DNA of 64,000 bases. Origin: Paraspadella gotoi (lineage: Eukaryota > Animalia > Chaetognatha). Each line of letters starts with the position of its first letter. Position 1 is the first letter of the stretch. Below, one piece after another: positions 36,041 through 49,760 of this stretch. The DNA lies in assembly GCA_051294375.1 (NCBI GenBank), contig CM119264.1:2373631-2437630 (forward strand), read 5' to 3'. The notes beneath the pieces were generated by a model. That model did not search any database and was not told the origin of the DNA. It was given only the letters and a program-made list of their open reading frames with translations. The position numbers and the translations under genes are program-made.

Positions 36041-37472
36041 CTAGATTGGCGGATCCTTCCCTTTCCTCCGATGTACGATGTTCTTCAAATAAAACTCCCC
36101 CGCTTTGTAGCTCGATCTGACCAAAGGTCCGCTGGCGCAATACAAAAATCCTAACTCCAAAGCCCTTCGTTCCCACTCGGCAAACTTTTCCGGGGTGACG
36201 TACTCGCGCACCTTGAGATGGCGCTTGGTGGGCTGCATGTACTGACCGAGAGTGACGACGTCGCAGCCGACGCCGCGGAGGTCGACCAGCGTGGCGAGGA
36301 CTTCGCCGTCTTCCTCTCCGAGTCCCAACATGATGCTCGTCTTGGATACGATCGACGGCTTCGTCTTCTTCACGTGTTCGAGGACGGTGAGCGTCTGTCG
36401 ATAGGCGGCGCGCTTGTCGCGGACGAAGGGCGTCAGTCGCTCCACCGTCTCGATGTTATGGGCGTAGACGTCGAGGCCGGCGGCGAGGACGGTTTCCACG
36501 CAGGAGAGGTCTCCGGCGAAGTCGGGCGTGAGGCACTCGACGAGAATGTTCGGATTTTGCAGCTTGATCTCGCGGACGGTGGCGGCGAAATGGGCGGCAC
36601 CGCCGTCGGGGAGATCGTCACGATCAACGGAGGTGAGGACGACATAGTCGAGGCCCCACTTGGCGATGGCGCGACCTAAAGGGGAGAAAAAAACGGATTT
36701 TTATAACAACAAAAAAAAAAAAAACATAAAAGAGGAAAGCAAACAAACCCAACCTGTGTTCGATGGCTCCTCCGGATCCAACGCCGGCGGCTTTCGACTC
36801 GTCTTGACGGAACAAAACCTGCACCCACGAGTACAGGTATCGCCCATGACCATGATGGTGGCCGTGGCGACGCTGTCTTCCCCGCCGCCCCAGCATTCCC
36901 CGATATTGGGACATCTGGCCTCCTCGCAGACCGTCGCCAGTTTGAGCGATCGCAGTTCCGACTTGAGGCGATGGTAGTTGGCGCCGCGGGGAATCTCCGT
37001 CTTCAACCAGGGAGGAAGTCGAAGGCGCTCGCCGCGTCCTGAGCCTTCCAGTTTGAGACTCCCGCCACGATCGGGCGTGGCCGGCGTTTCGCCGTCTTCG
37101 GACGGCGGAACGTAGTTCGTACCCGGCGCCCAAGGGACGAGTTTTTCGTCGTCGGGATTCTCGGGGTCTTTCGATGACTGATCGATGAAGAAACTGATGT
37201 GCAGCGATTGATCGATTGATATTTTTTAAATATTTCCGCGCGCGGCGCGCAAAAAAATGTTTATCAACGATATTTTTTATCTCTTACCCCAAATCAGGAC
37301 CGGCTTTGATTTTATCGCTTCGAGCTTTATTCTGCGAGCTCAGTTTCCGCCTTTGCTTCACCCAATCTTCAGCCAGACACGAAGCACGGGACGTCGCCAA
37401 AGAAACAGCAAATAATGTTTCTGACATCGAAACCACCGGTCCATGACCGGTCCACAGTCTGCTGAGCCACAT
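36041..37472 (-). CDS. LIAS: Mitochondrial lipoyl synthase
   Basis: [32 protein letters not shown] radical-SAM motif, [30 protein letters not shown]; three exons. Confidence 0.97.
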
Positions 37473-37575
37473 CGATTCAATATAGTTAATAATTAGTTAT
37501 GAATAACTTCTAAAAATAAACAACCAACAAAATAAGTATCACCTTAACGAAAAAAATACTTTAAACGACTAACAA

Positions 37576-38913
37576 TCACTTGGCTTTAAACACTGTCCTC
37601 GGAAGGACGTCGTCCTCGGGCGGATATCCGTGGACCACGAGATACGTTATCGCCGTCGCCAAAAAAGGCGCCAACAAAATCCATTTGAGATCGTCGAGCA
37701 AAGCCTCGTTGAGGCTGACGGGGAAAGCGTCCTCGAAGACTTGACCGTGTTGATTGGTCATTCGGACAATGAGATGGCCGCCGATGGGGCGGTCAGGGCA
37801 GCGGGCGCGAATCAGATGAAATCCAGGAGCCGCGTAGGTGTGGTCGGCCAGGGGAATGGAACCCACGGACACCTGGGGAAGAAAATACTTTCATCTGTCG
37901 GAATAGAGGATAAATTAAAAGGACAAAAGATTTGAAAAAATCCAACGTATTGAAAACATTCCATCCAATGACTTTGGCGAAACTATTAATATTATTAATA
38001 TTTTTAAATTCAATTCTCGTCCATTCATCACATTCAAAATATTCATTCCTTTTCATTTCATCGCATTCAATCTAAACAACCTGAATTCTAAAGAGATCCT
38101 TTGACGCCGAGACGGAGGCAGCGCCGATCTCAAAGGAAACCGTAAAGAATTCCCCGGCGACGTGGCGCCGCGCCTTCGTCCAATCCTTGACGTTGACGCC
38201 GGCCGGTGGTTCGACAAAGGCGAACCGCGAGGCGCCGGGTATTTCGGAGTTCCACTCGGGAACGAGGGACTCCTCGACGAAGAGAGAGACGCCGGGATCT
38301 CCGCGAAGACGCCGCCCGAATGAAGTCGGGGTCAGCGACAGCGCCACTAATAGTCCGTCTTGCGTCGCCACCAGGATTTCGTGTCCCGGCGCCGAGTAGA
38401 CGAAATCTGCGCTGAGCAGCGACGTCAGCGAGGATTCCTCGACATCGACGAGTTCGTGGCAGACGGGCGCCGAGAAGTCGGGCGACGGCGTCAAAGCGTG
38501 CAGGTGTCCGTCCGCGGAGAGGATCACCAAATCCGGCGCGCCGGCTTCGGGCTTTGTTAAAACCCGCGTGACCAGAACACCAGAGGCCAACGGAGACGAA
38601 GACAAGCGCCGGCGATACAAAACGCGGCCATTGACGCCGCTGAGGATCAAAACGGCGCCGTCGTCGGTGGCTACGACGAGTTCGTCGCCGGGTTCAGCGC
38701 CGTCGTAGTCGAGTGCCCGGGGGACGCCGAGAACGGAAGGGACGTCGCCCGAGGCGTCGGCATCGTGATTCATGAGAGTCACTTCCCACTGGAGCCGACC
38801 CTTGGTGTCGAAGCAATGAACGGAACCGCTTCTATCGGCCACAACTGGCGCGCGCTACCAGAGAGAGAGAGAGAGGAGAGGAGCAGAGAGATGAGAGAAG
38901 AGAGAGAAATAAG

Positions 38914-38945
<32 letters not shown>

Positions 38946-40287
38946 AGGACAGGGGAAGTGGGAAATTGGGAGACAGTTATAAGAAGACTATGAATTAAAA
39001 ATCAATAAGAAGAAGAGAAAAGCTACCAATTTCCAGTCTCCCGTTTCCGGTGAGATCGTGCGCGAATACCGGCGTGACGACGCCGTCCACCTCCAACGGA
39101 AACCCCGTCCGAGACGCCGTCAATCCGGCGTCGAGGGCGAAGACGCGTCCGGAGGAAGAGGCGACGAGGATCTCGACGTCGCCGGATCGAGAGTCGAGAT
39201 CGACGACGGTGGCGGGGTGGAGGAGGTGAGGAGCGTAGGAGGAAGAGGAGTAGTCGAGTTCGAGAGGAGCGAGGAGGAGTTGGGAGAAGGAGGTGAGGTT
39301 GAAGAGGACGAGGGCGGTGGCGATGGGGGAGGGGTGGGTTGGGTCTGGGAGGGAGGAATAGAGATGGTTTGTTTTGTTTCAAAACCAACAATCGACTGAA
39401 ATGTTATTTAACCAACACTACAGTTTGACATCTAACCAAAAATAAATCTGTAAACCTCTTCAACCTTCACCTCTATCACAACAACAACAACAAGCACTAA
39501 TTCAATAACCGTTTGATTCCTCGATCGGAACAAAAGTGACGGGCAGAATCATCTCGTCCTCTCGACCGTCGCCGTTCAAGTCCCGCACGACGGGCGTTGC
39601 CATGACGCGCGGACGCAACTCGACGCCAACTTCCGGCTCTTCGACGATCAAAGACGACAGGTGGGGAAAAACAGCCGCCGCCGACGCATCTATCGCCGCC
39701 CGCCACTCGCCTTCGACTCTCAGCGACGCCAATCGGAAGGGAGTGCGACGCAGAGGGATGCCAGAGAGATCGAAGGCGTGGATTTCGCCTTCTCCCGTGA
39801 CGACGACGACATCGGCGGCGCCGTCGGCGTCGACGTCGCGGAAAAGCGGCGAGGCGTAAACGGTGGATCCAGGGAGATGGAGCGGCCACCGGGTGCCGGG
39901 CAAAGGGCGACCCGTCTCGGCCGACAATACGGCGATCTCGCCCCGAAAGGCCGCGGCGGCGACGAGATGAGGACCGAAATCGGAGGGCGAGCCGCTCGTG
40001 GGTCGGAGAGGAGCGAGGATGGGGGAAGAGACGAAAGGAGACCCGGGACCGCCCACTGCCGATTCCCAAAGGACGCGGGCGGAGAGTTCGCGACCGCAAG
40101 AGGGCAGGGGAGGGGATAGGGTCGAGTTGGCAGAGTGAAGGGAGGAGGGAGACGCAGGGAGAGAAGGCGAGGAAACATGGGAGAGGGAGATGACGACATG
40201 GCAGCAGAAGAAAGTCGCGAACAAGAGGAAGGAGATGGTCGTCGTCGTCGTCGTCGTCTTCCTCATAGTCTTGACCGTCATTGTCAT
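37576..40287 (-). CDS. DEX1-like FG-GAP/beta-propeller type I membrane protein
   Basis: Signal peptide; SSPIL, WP....STVYASPLFRDVDADG..DVVV.T..GEI, MATPVVRDLNGDG, ATVVDLD, GFPLE, HDLTGNGRLEI; C-terminal MTNQHGQVFEDAF..LKWILLAP TM segment, collinear with plant DEFECTIVE IN EXINE FORMATION 1 as remembered. Confidence 0.85.
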
Positions 40288-41565
40288 TGCAGTCTTTCTC
40301 AGCTCGTCCTCACTTCATCTCAACTTCTTATTCTTTCACAGTTACGTCAATTAATACCTTAAAAGAAATATTTTCTTTTCAAGCGATGAAGTTATTAACG
40401 AGGATCGGTATACAAATGTGCAAAATGTAAATAAATTTCTATATGATCTCTGTAAAAATGATTTAATACACAACAAAAAATTTGGCCTCTCACGAGGGAA
40501 ATGTATGACGAGGAGAGTTGTTCATGGTTAACAATAGCGATGTAATTTGCTAAAGTTGAGCAATTCGTGGACTAATTAAGTTTACCCATTTTTAGTTTAT
40601 TTTCGCAAAAAGCCTAAACTTAGTAAATGACATGAAAGAAGATTTAAAATTGGGTGTTAGTAGTCGGTTAGTCATTTCTCAAATAAAAACAATACTGGCC
40701 AGCAAACTATGCTGAGAACAAAACTTAAATAACATGAGGTAAGTCTTTAAGCCTAGAAAATTTTATTTAACTCTCCGCTTAAAAATGAAAGAAGGCGTAT
40801 TACCCTATATGAAGATCCGTGCAGTAAACACCTATAAAATGGATAACCACCAAAAATTTCATCTGAAGCAGAAGAGTGAATTAAAAAGATATGACGCTTC
40901 ATTAAAAAAAATGACGTAATGCCGCAAAAATGCCACGGTTGAGCTAAATAAAAAGTTTGGAAAAGCCATACCTTTCGTTTCGTCCAAAACGGCCTTTTCA
41001 TTTACGTATACGTACATTCGTAAAAAGAATCTCACATATGTCATACACTCACATCGAAAACGTAAACAAATTTAAATAGAAAGATTTTCAGAGGGCACAA
41101 TTACTAAAGTTTTCTTTCCAGACAAATTAATTCTACAAATAAGACGGTAGAGCGAAATAAAAAAAAATGAATAGCTACAGAAAATAAGTAATGACTAGAG
41201 AATATGTTGTAATTCGAAAGAAATAAATGCGATATAAAACAAGAAACATGAAAACCTTTTTTTCTCTCCACAAGAATTTTTTTACAGACAGCAACGAATT
41301 AAAAATAATAAGAATGTCGACCAATTAGAATTTTTATCTTAATATTAAAGAGACTCACCAATCATCCATCCATCCATAAACCAATTTTTTTTAATTCTAA
41401 GATATTGATTTTTACTGGATTCATATTTTTACTCTTTCGTCACTTTCTGTAGAGGTAATTTTTTTATGAAAAAAAAAGAAATGAAATTGAGTGTAAACTG
41501 AGTGCAGAATTAATATCACGGTCGGTGTGTTGGAAGTTATTGATCTAAAGAGCTACAGAGAATCA

Positions 41566-44482
41566 TTAACGGTGATAAAGTGCGTAGAGATTTCGATGAT
41601 AAAAATTATTGTTGGTCGTTGGTTTCTCCGTGAATCCGTACCTAAAAGCAATAATATAAATATTATAATATTATAATGCTTAAAACAATAAAACAAAATG
41701 ACGACCTCCTTCCACACATAGCAGTTACCCTGGCTCCAACTCGTGGGGAAGTTTGTGTTGTTGAATAGCGTTCCGCGCCCATTTGACCAAAGACGGGACG
41801 CGAGCGTAAACGCCCAGATTATTTTGAGCGCCGCAACCATAACCTGGTTACATATTTAAAAAAGGAGGTAAATCAAGCGTCGCCTTATAACAAGAATAAA
41901 ACAAGGTTATTAATCTTACTTACCCCAAGATGTGATTCCAGCTAAAAACCATCGTCCATCCTTTCTCTGACATGCGAGGGATCCTAATGGATGAATAAAT
42001 TATTCTCTCTTATTGTGATTGTATCTGTTTTTTTCTCTCTCGATCTCATTTTCTCTCTCAATATCTATCATTTTTCTTCCAATCTGTCATTCTCTCTCTC
42101 TCTATTATTATCTCCCTCTCTCTCTCTCTCTGGTCACCTCCGCTGTCGCCTCCACAAGTGTCTCGCCCGCCTTCCAGACTTCCCGCGCAGACCATCGTCC
42201 CGGATATTCTTCCGCGAAGCCAAGGGAGCGAATTGCAAAGGCTGTTGGAGACGACGGGCAAGAAAACGTGTCGAAGAGTCTCTACGGGTGGACCCTCGTT
42301 GGCATCGGTGGTACCCCAACCCACGGCCACGCATCTGAAGAAGCGAGACAGAATTCTTGACCCCAAGAAGATTTAATTATTTTCATGTTTATTGCTAAAA
42401 ACCAATAATGTCACGCACCTCTCGCCGAAAGTGAGCTTTTCCTCCGGAAGCGGAAGACAAATCGGGCGCGTAAAGTCATTAAAATCAAACTTCTTTTTGA
42501 CCCTGTCGGAAGAGAACTAAGATGTAAAATCGTCTACTTCGTAACCAATATTAACCATAGTTCTTCGCCATCCTCACCTGAGCAAAGCGATGTCGTATCC
42601 TTCTTCGTAGTGTTTGTACTTAGGATGCTTGAGCTTCATATCGACGATCCTCTCCTGCTGGTGGACGGAGAATTGAATGCGGTGCACGGATCCCGCGATG
42701 ATGGTGAACTGACCGTCGCCCCCGGCCTCTACGCAGTGCGACGCCGTCGCCACCCACTGACGACCCACCTGAAGTAAGGGCATGGCATGAGCCAAACGAT
42801 ATAATAACAAACTTACCAATTTCTCCCTTACCAAAGAACCGCCGCACTGGTATTTTCCGTTGACCAGAATCTGCACGTGCCAGGGCCAAACCCCCGGGGC
42901 GCTTTGGGTTCCTGAGCGAGATGGGGAAAAATCATTGGAATCGACCCAAACTCAAGTAATGAATCAAAGTTTAATGTGAAAGTTAGACAAAAAAAGCATT
43001 TATAACCCATAATTTGAATAAACCAAAAATTAATAAAAGTTTTTTCGAAAGACTGCATTCTGCAAATAAGCTAATCCTATACTAATTTGTCCTTCAAAAA
43101 ATAAAAAGCTATCAAAATCTGTCGAAAAAGACGAAGAACTAGACCTCCAATGATGCGACTCGGGACGGGCGTGTAGGCGGGACGTCGTCCGCACTCTTCC
43201 TCCCCGCAATTGAGGTAAAGAACGTTTCCGCTGGTGCAGTTCAGGCTTTGACGAAACAGGCGCACCTGGTGGCATTTTTAAGAAAGGGTAAGGATTAACT
43301 GGGCCAAGAGGATTTTGAGAATTTTCTCGATCTTACCGCGTTGGCGAGCCCCCCCGCGACCATCAAGAGGTATTCCGTGTCGAGACGGAGAACATCCGTG
43401 GATCGCCATTCTTCCATTTTCGAGAAAACCTTTTAAAAGGAAAAGCAGTTTGGGTCATCACAATTGAACAAACGAACAAAGACTCGCCCATTCAATGCAA
43501 CCGTGGTCCTGTAGCCCAAGTAATGACAGATCTCGTCGGAAAGAACCAGAGGCCAATTGTCGGAACAGACCCGACGCCATCTTCCGCCGATGTTGATCGT
43601 CAAAAAACCTGAGGAATTCAGTTTTTTTATTTTTTCAAAAAGAGTTGAGATGATTTAGAGAGATGAAACAAAGAGAAACGGGTTCTCCCTTCTCCCTACC
43701 GTCGTGTTCCCTGTGCGTCTTCAACCTCTCCATTCCCGCCGCCTCAGGCGCTCCAACCAACTGGATGCAATTCTTCTCGTCGCTTCCGTCCGAACAATCG
43801 TTGCGTCCGTCGCAAATCTTGTCGGGCACGACGCACGTGAAGTCCGGGCAGAGGAAGAAGTCTGTCGGACACCAGCCGCAGTCGAGCTCGTCGCCTCTGG
43901 AATAGAAGTTGGGGGGGTTGTTTACCCGGGAGGTCATAATCATGAATCGGAGGTGATGAAGAAGAAAAGAGTCCTCGGGTCGAACCTGTCTTCGCAGTCC
44001 AGGACACGGTCGCAAAACTGAGATGGATACAAGAGTTCGACGCATCGAGTTCGACCGCATTCTCCGGGCAAAGCGCGGATGTCGTCTATCGCGATGTCGC
44101 CCGACCATCCTTCCAATCAAAGAAAAAAATAATCAAATCTGAGAAAGTACAAAATCGAGAGTTGGCCCAACGACGGAGAACTTACCTTTTCCTATTTCGG
44201 CTTCGAAAACAACTAGCAGCGGTCCAGGATTCAACGTCACCTTTTTGTTAAAAATCGTTTTAGGGAAAGAAACTTTTATCACCGAAAGCCGATAGGGAAA
44301 GAAAAAAAAGGGGGGATCGTCCGGGTGAATCTCACCTGTCCGAAAATCCACTCGTTCGACTGGGACGAGGATCTCGACCAAACTGGACTCGACAATGACT
44401 TTTGATGCGGAGTCTTGGAATAAACTCGAAGAGCGCCGACGGCCAATCCTCGCATGTGATACCTGCGCCAATTCAATCTCCC

Positions 44483-44535
<53 letters not shown>

Positions 44536-47500
44536 GTAAATCTATGAAATTGGTACAACCAATATAAAAATTATCCATTCATTTAATAAATAAGCTATCT
44601 TGTCCCTGACTTTGGACAGGCTTTGGTGGTTTAAGGCCTCCATCACACTTACAAGATAATAACATAGCAGGTTTCTGCAAGCTTTCAATCAAGATATATC
44701 AAGATCAAGATATATTTTTTTCGATACTTTTTTTCTTGGCAAAAAAAAATCGATCGCTCACCAAAACTGAAGGCAGGTTTTGGAAGAAGCGTACGAAGTC
44801 GGTGAGATGAACCGCGCCAAATCGCCTTGGCGACGCGGCAAGGAAGCCTCGACGAACATGTAATGACCTGCGCCAAGACAAACCATTTGTCAGTCTCCTA
44901 TCGGGGTGGAATTAATTAAACTTTATAGACTTAATTGTATAATAATCGACTAAAACCTTATCAGGTGAAAAAACCGTGTCCGTTTACTTTCATTTTACAA
45001 GGAAGCTTTAAGGAATAAGTACTAAGAGGAGAGGGGTTAAAGAGAGCAAGAGGATAGGTAATGATACATTTATTTTTTTGTCCATATTAGCGTCGAAATT
45101 CAAGAACATCTATTTGGGAGAAATATCCTCATTTCAGAGCTGATAACAGATCCCGACCGCCTCGTCTAACCAGAACAGACTGCGTGGGGCACGTCCTCGA
45201 CAAAGTGGCCCCGCGTGTGGTCGTTATCGGGCCCCGTGGTCTCGCTCGGCGTCGGACCGCAGTTGCGAATCCAATCGAAATCGTCGTAAACGTCTGTTCC
45301 AGAGGGAGGGGAGAAAGGTGAATAAAGGATTCTTAAAAGTAGGTGGAGTCATGAGCGAGGAAATGAGGGATGATTAAACAAAGTGGGGGGAATGTTGTGA
45401 AGCGTGAAATTTGGGGAAAAGTGGGGAGGAAAGGGGCAGGGGGGGAGGAAAGGGGGGCAGGGGCGGAGCGAGTAGCGAGATCGTCGAACTATCGTTTAAT
45501 CAAACAACATCGATTCTTTTGTTTCTTGTTCGCGAAATTTGGGGAAAAGCTGCCACTAATCTTTTTTTTTCTCTCTCACTCTCACTCTGGCGAAGTTAAA
45601 CATCTTCTTCCCAAGCGTAACAAAGAAACACGATTTAGGCGAGAAAGGACAAAGACGTCACGGCCTTGGGCAAACAACCAAAAAAAAAAAAAACAAAAAA
45701 AAATCACGCAAACAAATGGCAAACAATCGAGGAAAATAGGAGCCTATCTCGCACCGACCTTGCATGTATTCGCACTGCCCCCTGTTGTCGAAGTCGCAAT
45801 CCAGCACCGAGCCGCCATTTTTGACGGGCTGCTTGGTCACCACGTTAGGAGTCGAGAAGATGGCGTTGGAGGCGTCGGTGGCGGCAGCGACAGGCTGTTA
45901 ATTAAGGCTTGTTCAAGTTTTAAACTGTTAAATTTAAAAAATTTAATTCACTTAATAAAAAGGGTAATAACTATAAATTAAACGTTTTAGTAATTATTCA
46001 AAAAGAATAAACAATCCAAACGCTATTGACTGAGACCTTCTCCACCGCCACCAAAAAAAATGATCAAGTTTACCGCGAGTTATTCAAAATAAAAAGTAAA
46101 CAAAATATTTGAGATTTGGGGAAGAAAACATTTTCGACGAAATTTGAAAATTCTTCACCGGTGAACCATGCGGGAATTATGTGATTTCGAATTGAGTCTT
46201 GGAAAAGCAATTCAGAAATTCTTAAACAGGTAAACATACGTACCTTAACATTATTCCTTGGCGCAAATAAAATTTTAAAAAATGATAAAACACTCGTAAA
46301 TTCAAAGAATGCTAGAGAGTAAAGACAGAGTAAAATGAAAAAAAAAGAACGGAGGTCTCACCGTGACCCAAGGACGGTAAGTTGTCCCGACGTTGGTGAG
46401 TATCGTGGGTGGCGAAAGCGTCGTGTTCACGCAATCTGAAAACAAAAATGCGCTTGACGAGAAAAAAGAGGAGGCCAAGAGACAACCACTCTCCCAAACC
46501 TGTGGTGGAGAACGGAGAGGCGATGGTTGTGCCTCTGATGTACGACGGCGGCAAATATCGAGTCCCACAAACGACTTTTTCGGGAAAGTCGCAAACGTAA
46601 GACCCTGAGACGAGAGAAGCATCAGGTTGGCAATTATACTGAGAAGATAATTACGTTTTTCTTATGATATATCATTAATATATTTCATTACTTGATCTAT
46701 TAGGCAAAAAATCTCGCTTGAAAAAAAAGCCTTGTGTTGAGCTTTGTTTTAAAGAAAGATTTTTTTACACAGAATTTTTTGCTCGTTTAATTTAACAAGC
46801 TATATTGAAGGATTTTACAAAATATTTGTCACCCTAAATAGCCAGTAACTGTTAGTTTGTAAGAGAATCGGTGAAAATCTTAAAAGACGAAAACGTTGAA
46901 AAAAGATTGTGGAATTTTGATGAGTTTCCTAAGATTACTCCACAATGTTGGGTCCGATTTAAGCGAAACTCGAGATTTACAATATTGACGTCATTCCACA
47001 TCCCCCGTTATAAAAATCCCGCTGGCGTCTTTTGATATAATTTTCTTCTCGATCTATTTTTTTTTTCAGCTACTTACCAGGATTGTACACGGTACCAACT
47101 GGACAGTTTTGCACGGATTTTCTGCCAAACGTGCAAATGTAGTACTGCGTGCAAAAGGAGGGATCGGGATAGAAACCGTCCGCCTGTCCGAAGCAACTAA
47201 AAGGCGACGTCGCCATCGTAGCGTCCGATCTCATCGAACCGAGAACGTTGTTGTTGTTGTTGTTGGCGTCGACAGGTGAGGTATCCGGGTGAGGTCGTTG
47301 AGGACGGCGCGAGTCGTCCCTCGGACGGTTGAGGTAAGTTACGGCGTCGCGCGAGGGGTCCACCGCTGACTCCGTGCCCAGGGCGGATCCCGCCGCGGCG
47401 GCGCGGGCTGCGGCAACGAAGGCCTGAGATGATGGATTTCCTGAGGAAAAGTACGACGCGTGGCGGCGGGAGCGTCGAGGGAGAGGCCTCGCGGCGGAAT

Positions 47501-47912
47501 TTGAGCTTGACGCCGCTTCCGCCGCTTCGGCAGCGGCAGCGCCCGACCCACTCGAAGCGGCTGGGGCTGCGCGCGGGGCGGTCGCCGAATCAGAGCGTTC
47601 GTCGCCCGCTGAGGCGATGGAGGCAATGAGGTTTGAACGAGAAGCGGTCGGGGATATGGAAGGGAGGCGGGGGGTGGAAGGGAGACGGGGGATGGATGGG
47701 GCAGCAGTTCGTCGATGAGTCGACGTGTTGTTTTCCGAGGAGCGCAGAGTTTTTTCGGTAGCGAATAGTGGGCGTGGCTCCCGGTCTTTCGATCGCATTT
47801 TATCGGAAATGCTGTGAGGGCCGGAGGAGACGAGGAAGAGGGCGAAGAAGACGAAGGAGAGAATTTGGCGGCGCCAAGGCGGCGGCGGGGGCGGCGCCCG
47901 CGTCTTCGACAT
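41566..47912 (-). CDS. Mosaic trypsin-like serine protease: CBM14-mucin-MAM-LDLa x2-SRCR-like-S1A
   Basis: Hydrophobic N-terminus, RRSRR furin site, CFGQADGFYPDPSFCTQYYIC..C..GTVYNP..CDF (peritrophin-A), CDFD/DDFDW/GHYMFVE/GDIAIDD (MAM), CDGRNDCSDGSDEKNC (LDLa), R-IIGG, TASHC, DIALL, GDSGG. Stop at 41725 or, if a further intron is used, 41566. Confidence 0.9.
44485..44534. repeat. 50-nt poly(T) tract (poly(A) on the minus strand) next to a repeat 3' end
   Basis: Direct observation; 8 nt from the 3' end of the repeat copy at 44543-44694. Confidence 0.95.
44543..44694 (-). mobile_element. ~265-bp repeat family, 5'-truncated copy in a protease intron
   Basis: Reverse complement of the 3' ~150 nt of 9839-10103. 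Confidence 0.9.
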
Positions 47913-49449
47913 CGTCGATTGGATTCTCTGCAATAGAGGACAATTGTGTGATGGTTGCTGTTGTTGTTAGGATTTTAAAATAGAATTTTTTATACGATAA
48001 GCGTCAAAAAAAGAGACGGCAGCGTCGAAAAATTGAGGAGAGAATAAAAGTGGTAAGTCATAAGCTTATAAGGGGTTTCGTTTCCAAATCCTCGCAACCG
48101 CTTCTCAATCTCGCGAGCTATGTTCTTTTAAACCCCTCCCACACATTGAGAACCGAAAGAACCACCATGAACAACTCCTTTGTCTCACTCTCTCTCTCTC
48201 TCACTCTCTTGAACCAGAGAATTTATTTGCAAAGGATTAGCTACTTTCCACTGATTCCAGATGAAAATGAGGGATGAATTGAAAAATTCGCGCCTCTCAC
48301 ACTTTCGCCAGATTTTTTTTTCACTTTTGAAATTCGCTATTATTAAACGAAAAGAAAAAAACCCGGTCCGGGGTTCTCTTCGGTCGTTATTAAAAAAAAG
48401 AGAGTTTGGTTGAATTTTTCACGCTGATCGCAGACCCTCGACACACCTGATCCCGCGGCGGGATAATCAAAGGCGTGAAAGGGTAAGTTTCCATCGATGG
48501 AACGACGACGACGACGATCGAAGCTTACCAGAACGAAGAGAGAGGGAGAGAGATGAGGAGTTGAATAGAGAGCGAGAGAGAATTGGAGACGGGAATCCCT
48601 TACTCCGGGAACATATCGTCGTCGACCCTGGGAGAACTCCTACCACCACCGCCGTTGGGAGAACCACCACCACCGCCGTTGGTGTTGGGAGAACAAAGTC
48701 AAAAGAAGAAAGAGATAGAACGAGAGGAAAAGGAGAAAGATAGAGAGGGATACAAAGAAGAGTCGAGACTCGCAAAGTGCGTATGTCTTCTTTGCATGAC
48801 TTTATTCATTCGAAAGAGAGAGAGAATTTTTTTTCGCCGTCGGTTTGAGGAGTTGCCAAAATAAATCTTCGCAAAGTTTTGTTGCTGGAGGAGGGAGGGT
48901 TAAGAAGTAAGGAGTGAGATTGGGGGCAGGATGGCGAGGTGAATGGTGAAGGAATGTGAATTTGAAAGAAGCCATTATGGAGGAAAGAAAGCCGGGAGAG
49001 AATTGACTCCCTTTGCTTTCCCTTAATCCGCCCCAGTCTCGCGACGACCAATGACCATTGCCCTCAGACTCAATGTCATTCGATAATGGAATCAAAAAAT
49101 ATGTCAAGCGACATTTTGGCAAATGAATCAAGAATCACCATCAGTAAGAAAAACGAAATCAAAATCTGTTACGCAATTTTCTTTTGGATTTTAAGATCTA
49201 CATTCTACAGTCATACAACAGTCCCCTGAAATTGAAATATTTCCTAATAATAAGGATGTTATTTAACAATTTGAACAAATCCTGCTCGAGTGTTATTGTT
49301 ATTGCAATGACGCTGTTATTGTAAAAAGAGTCCGTGCAACGTTAACTTCTAAATATAGCTCATTGTTTTTAGACAATCCTACTCTAGACGAAATAACTGT
49401 TGTTGTTACGTAGAGTTGGCAGCTTCAAGGCGACCACCGTGAGTGCTTT

Positions 49450-49760
49450 TACAGAAGTGAGTCGTGGCCCTAGGTCCTTCTTGGCCGAAAGTAAGCCGTG
49501 GCTCAAGGTAAAGGGTTCACTTTCGGGCCAGAAGCAACTAGTGAAGTAAGGAAAGAGTTGATTTTGGCCAAGAGAAAACCATGGCTTAAAGCGAGGCGTT
49601 ATTTTACTTAGTCGAAGAATTTTTGCTGGAGACCAAAAGACCAAAAGCGATTCAAAGCATGAGGAAAGAAAAAGTTGAGGCCAGAAGTGAGACTAAGCTC
49701 CAGGCAATGGGTCCTTCTTGGCCAAAAGTTGGCCGGGGCCAGAGGGATAGGTTCCATTTT
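49450..49760. repeat. Degenerate ~76-bp tandem repeat
   Basis: CAGAAG...TTGGCC(G/A)A motifs recur at ~49452, ~49529 and ~49682; GGTCCTTCTTGGCC.AAAGT is shared by the first and last units. Confidence 0.5.

Noticed and set aside
44279-44578. ORFs with poly-lysine
   Set aside because: Translation of the intronic poly(A) tract, not coding.
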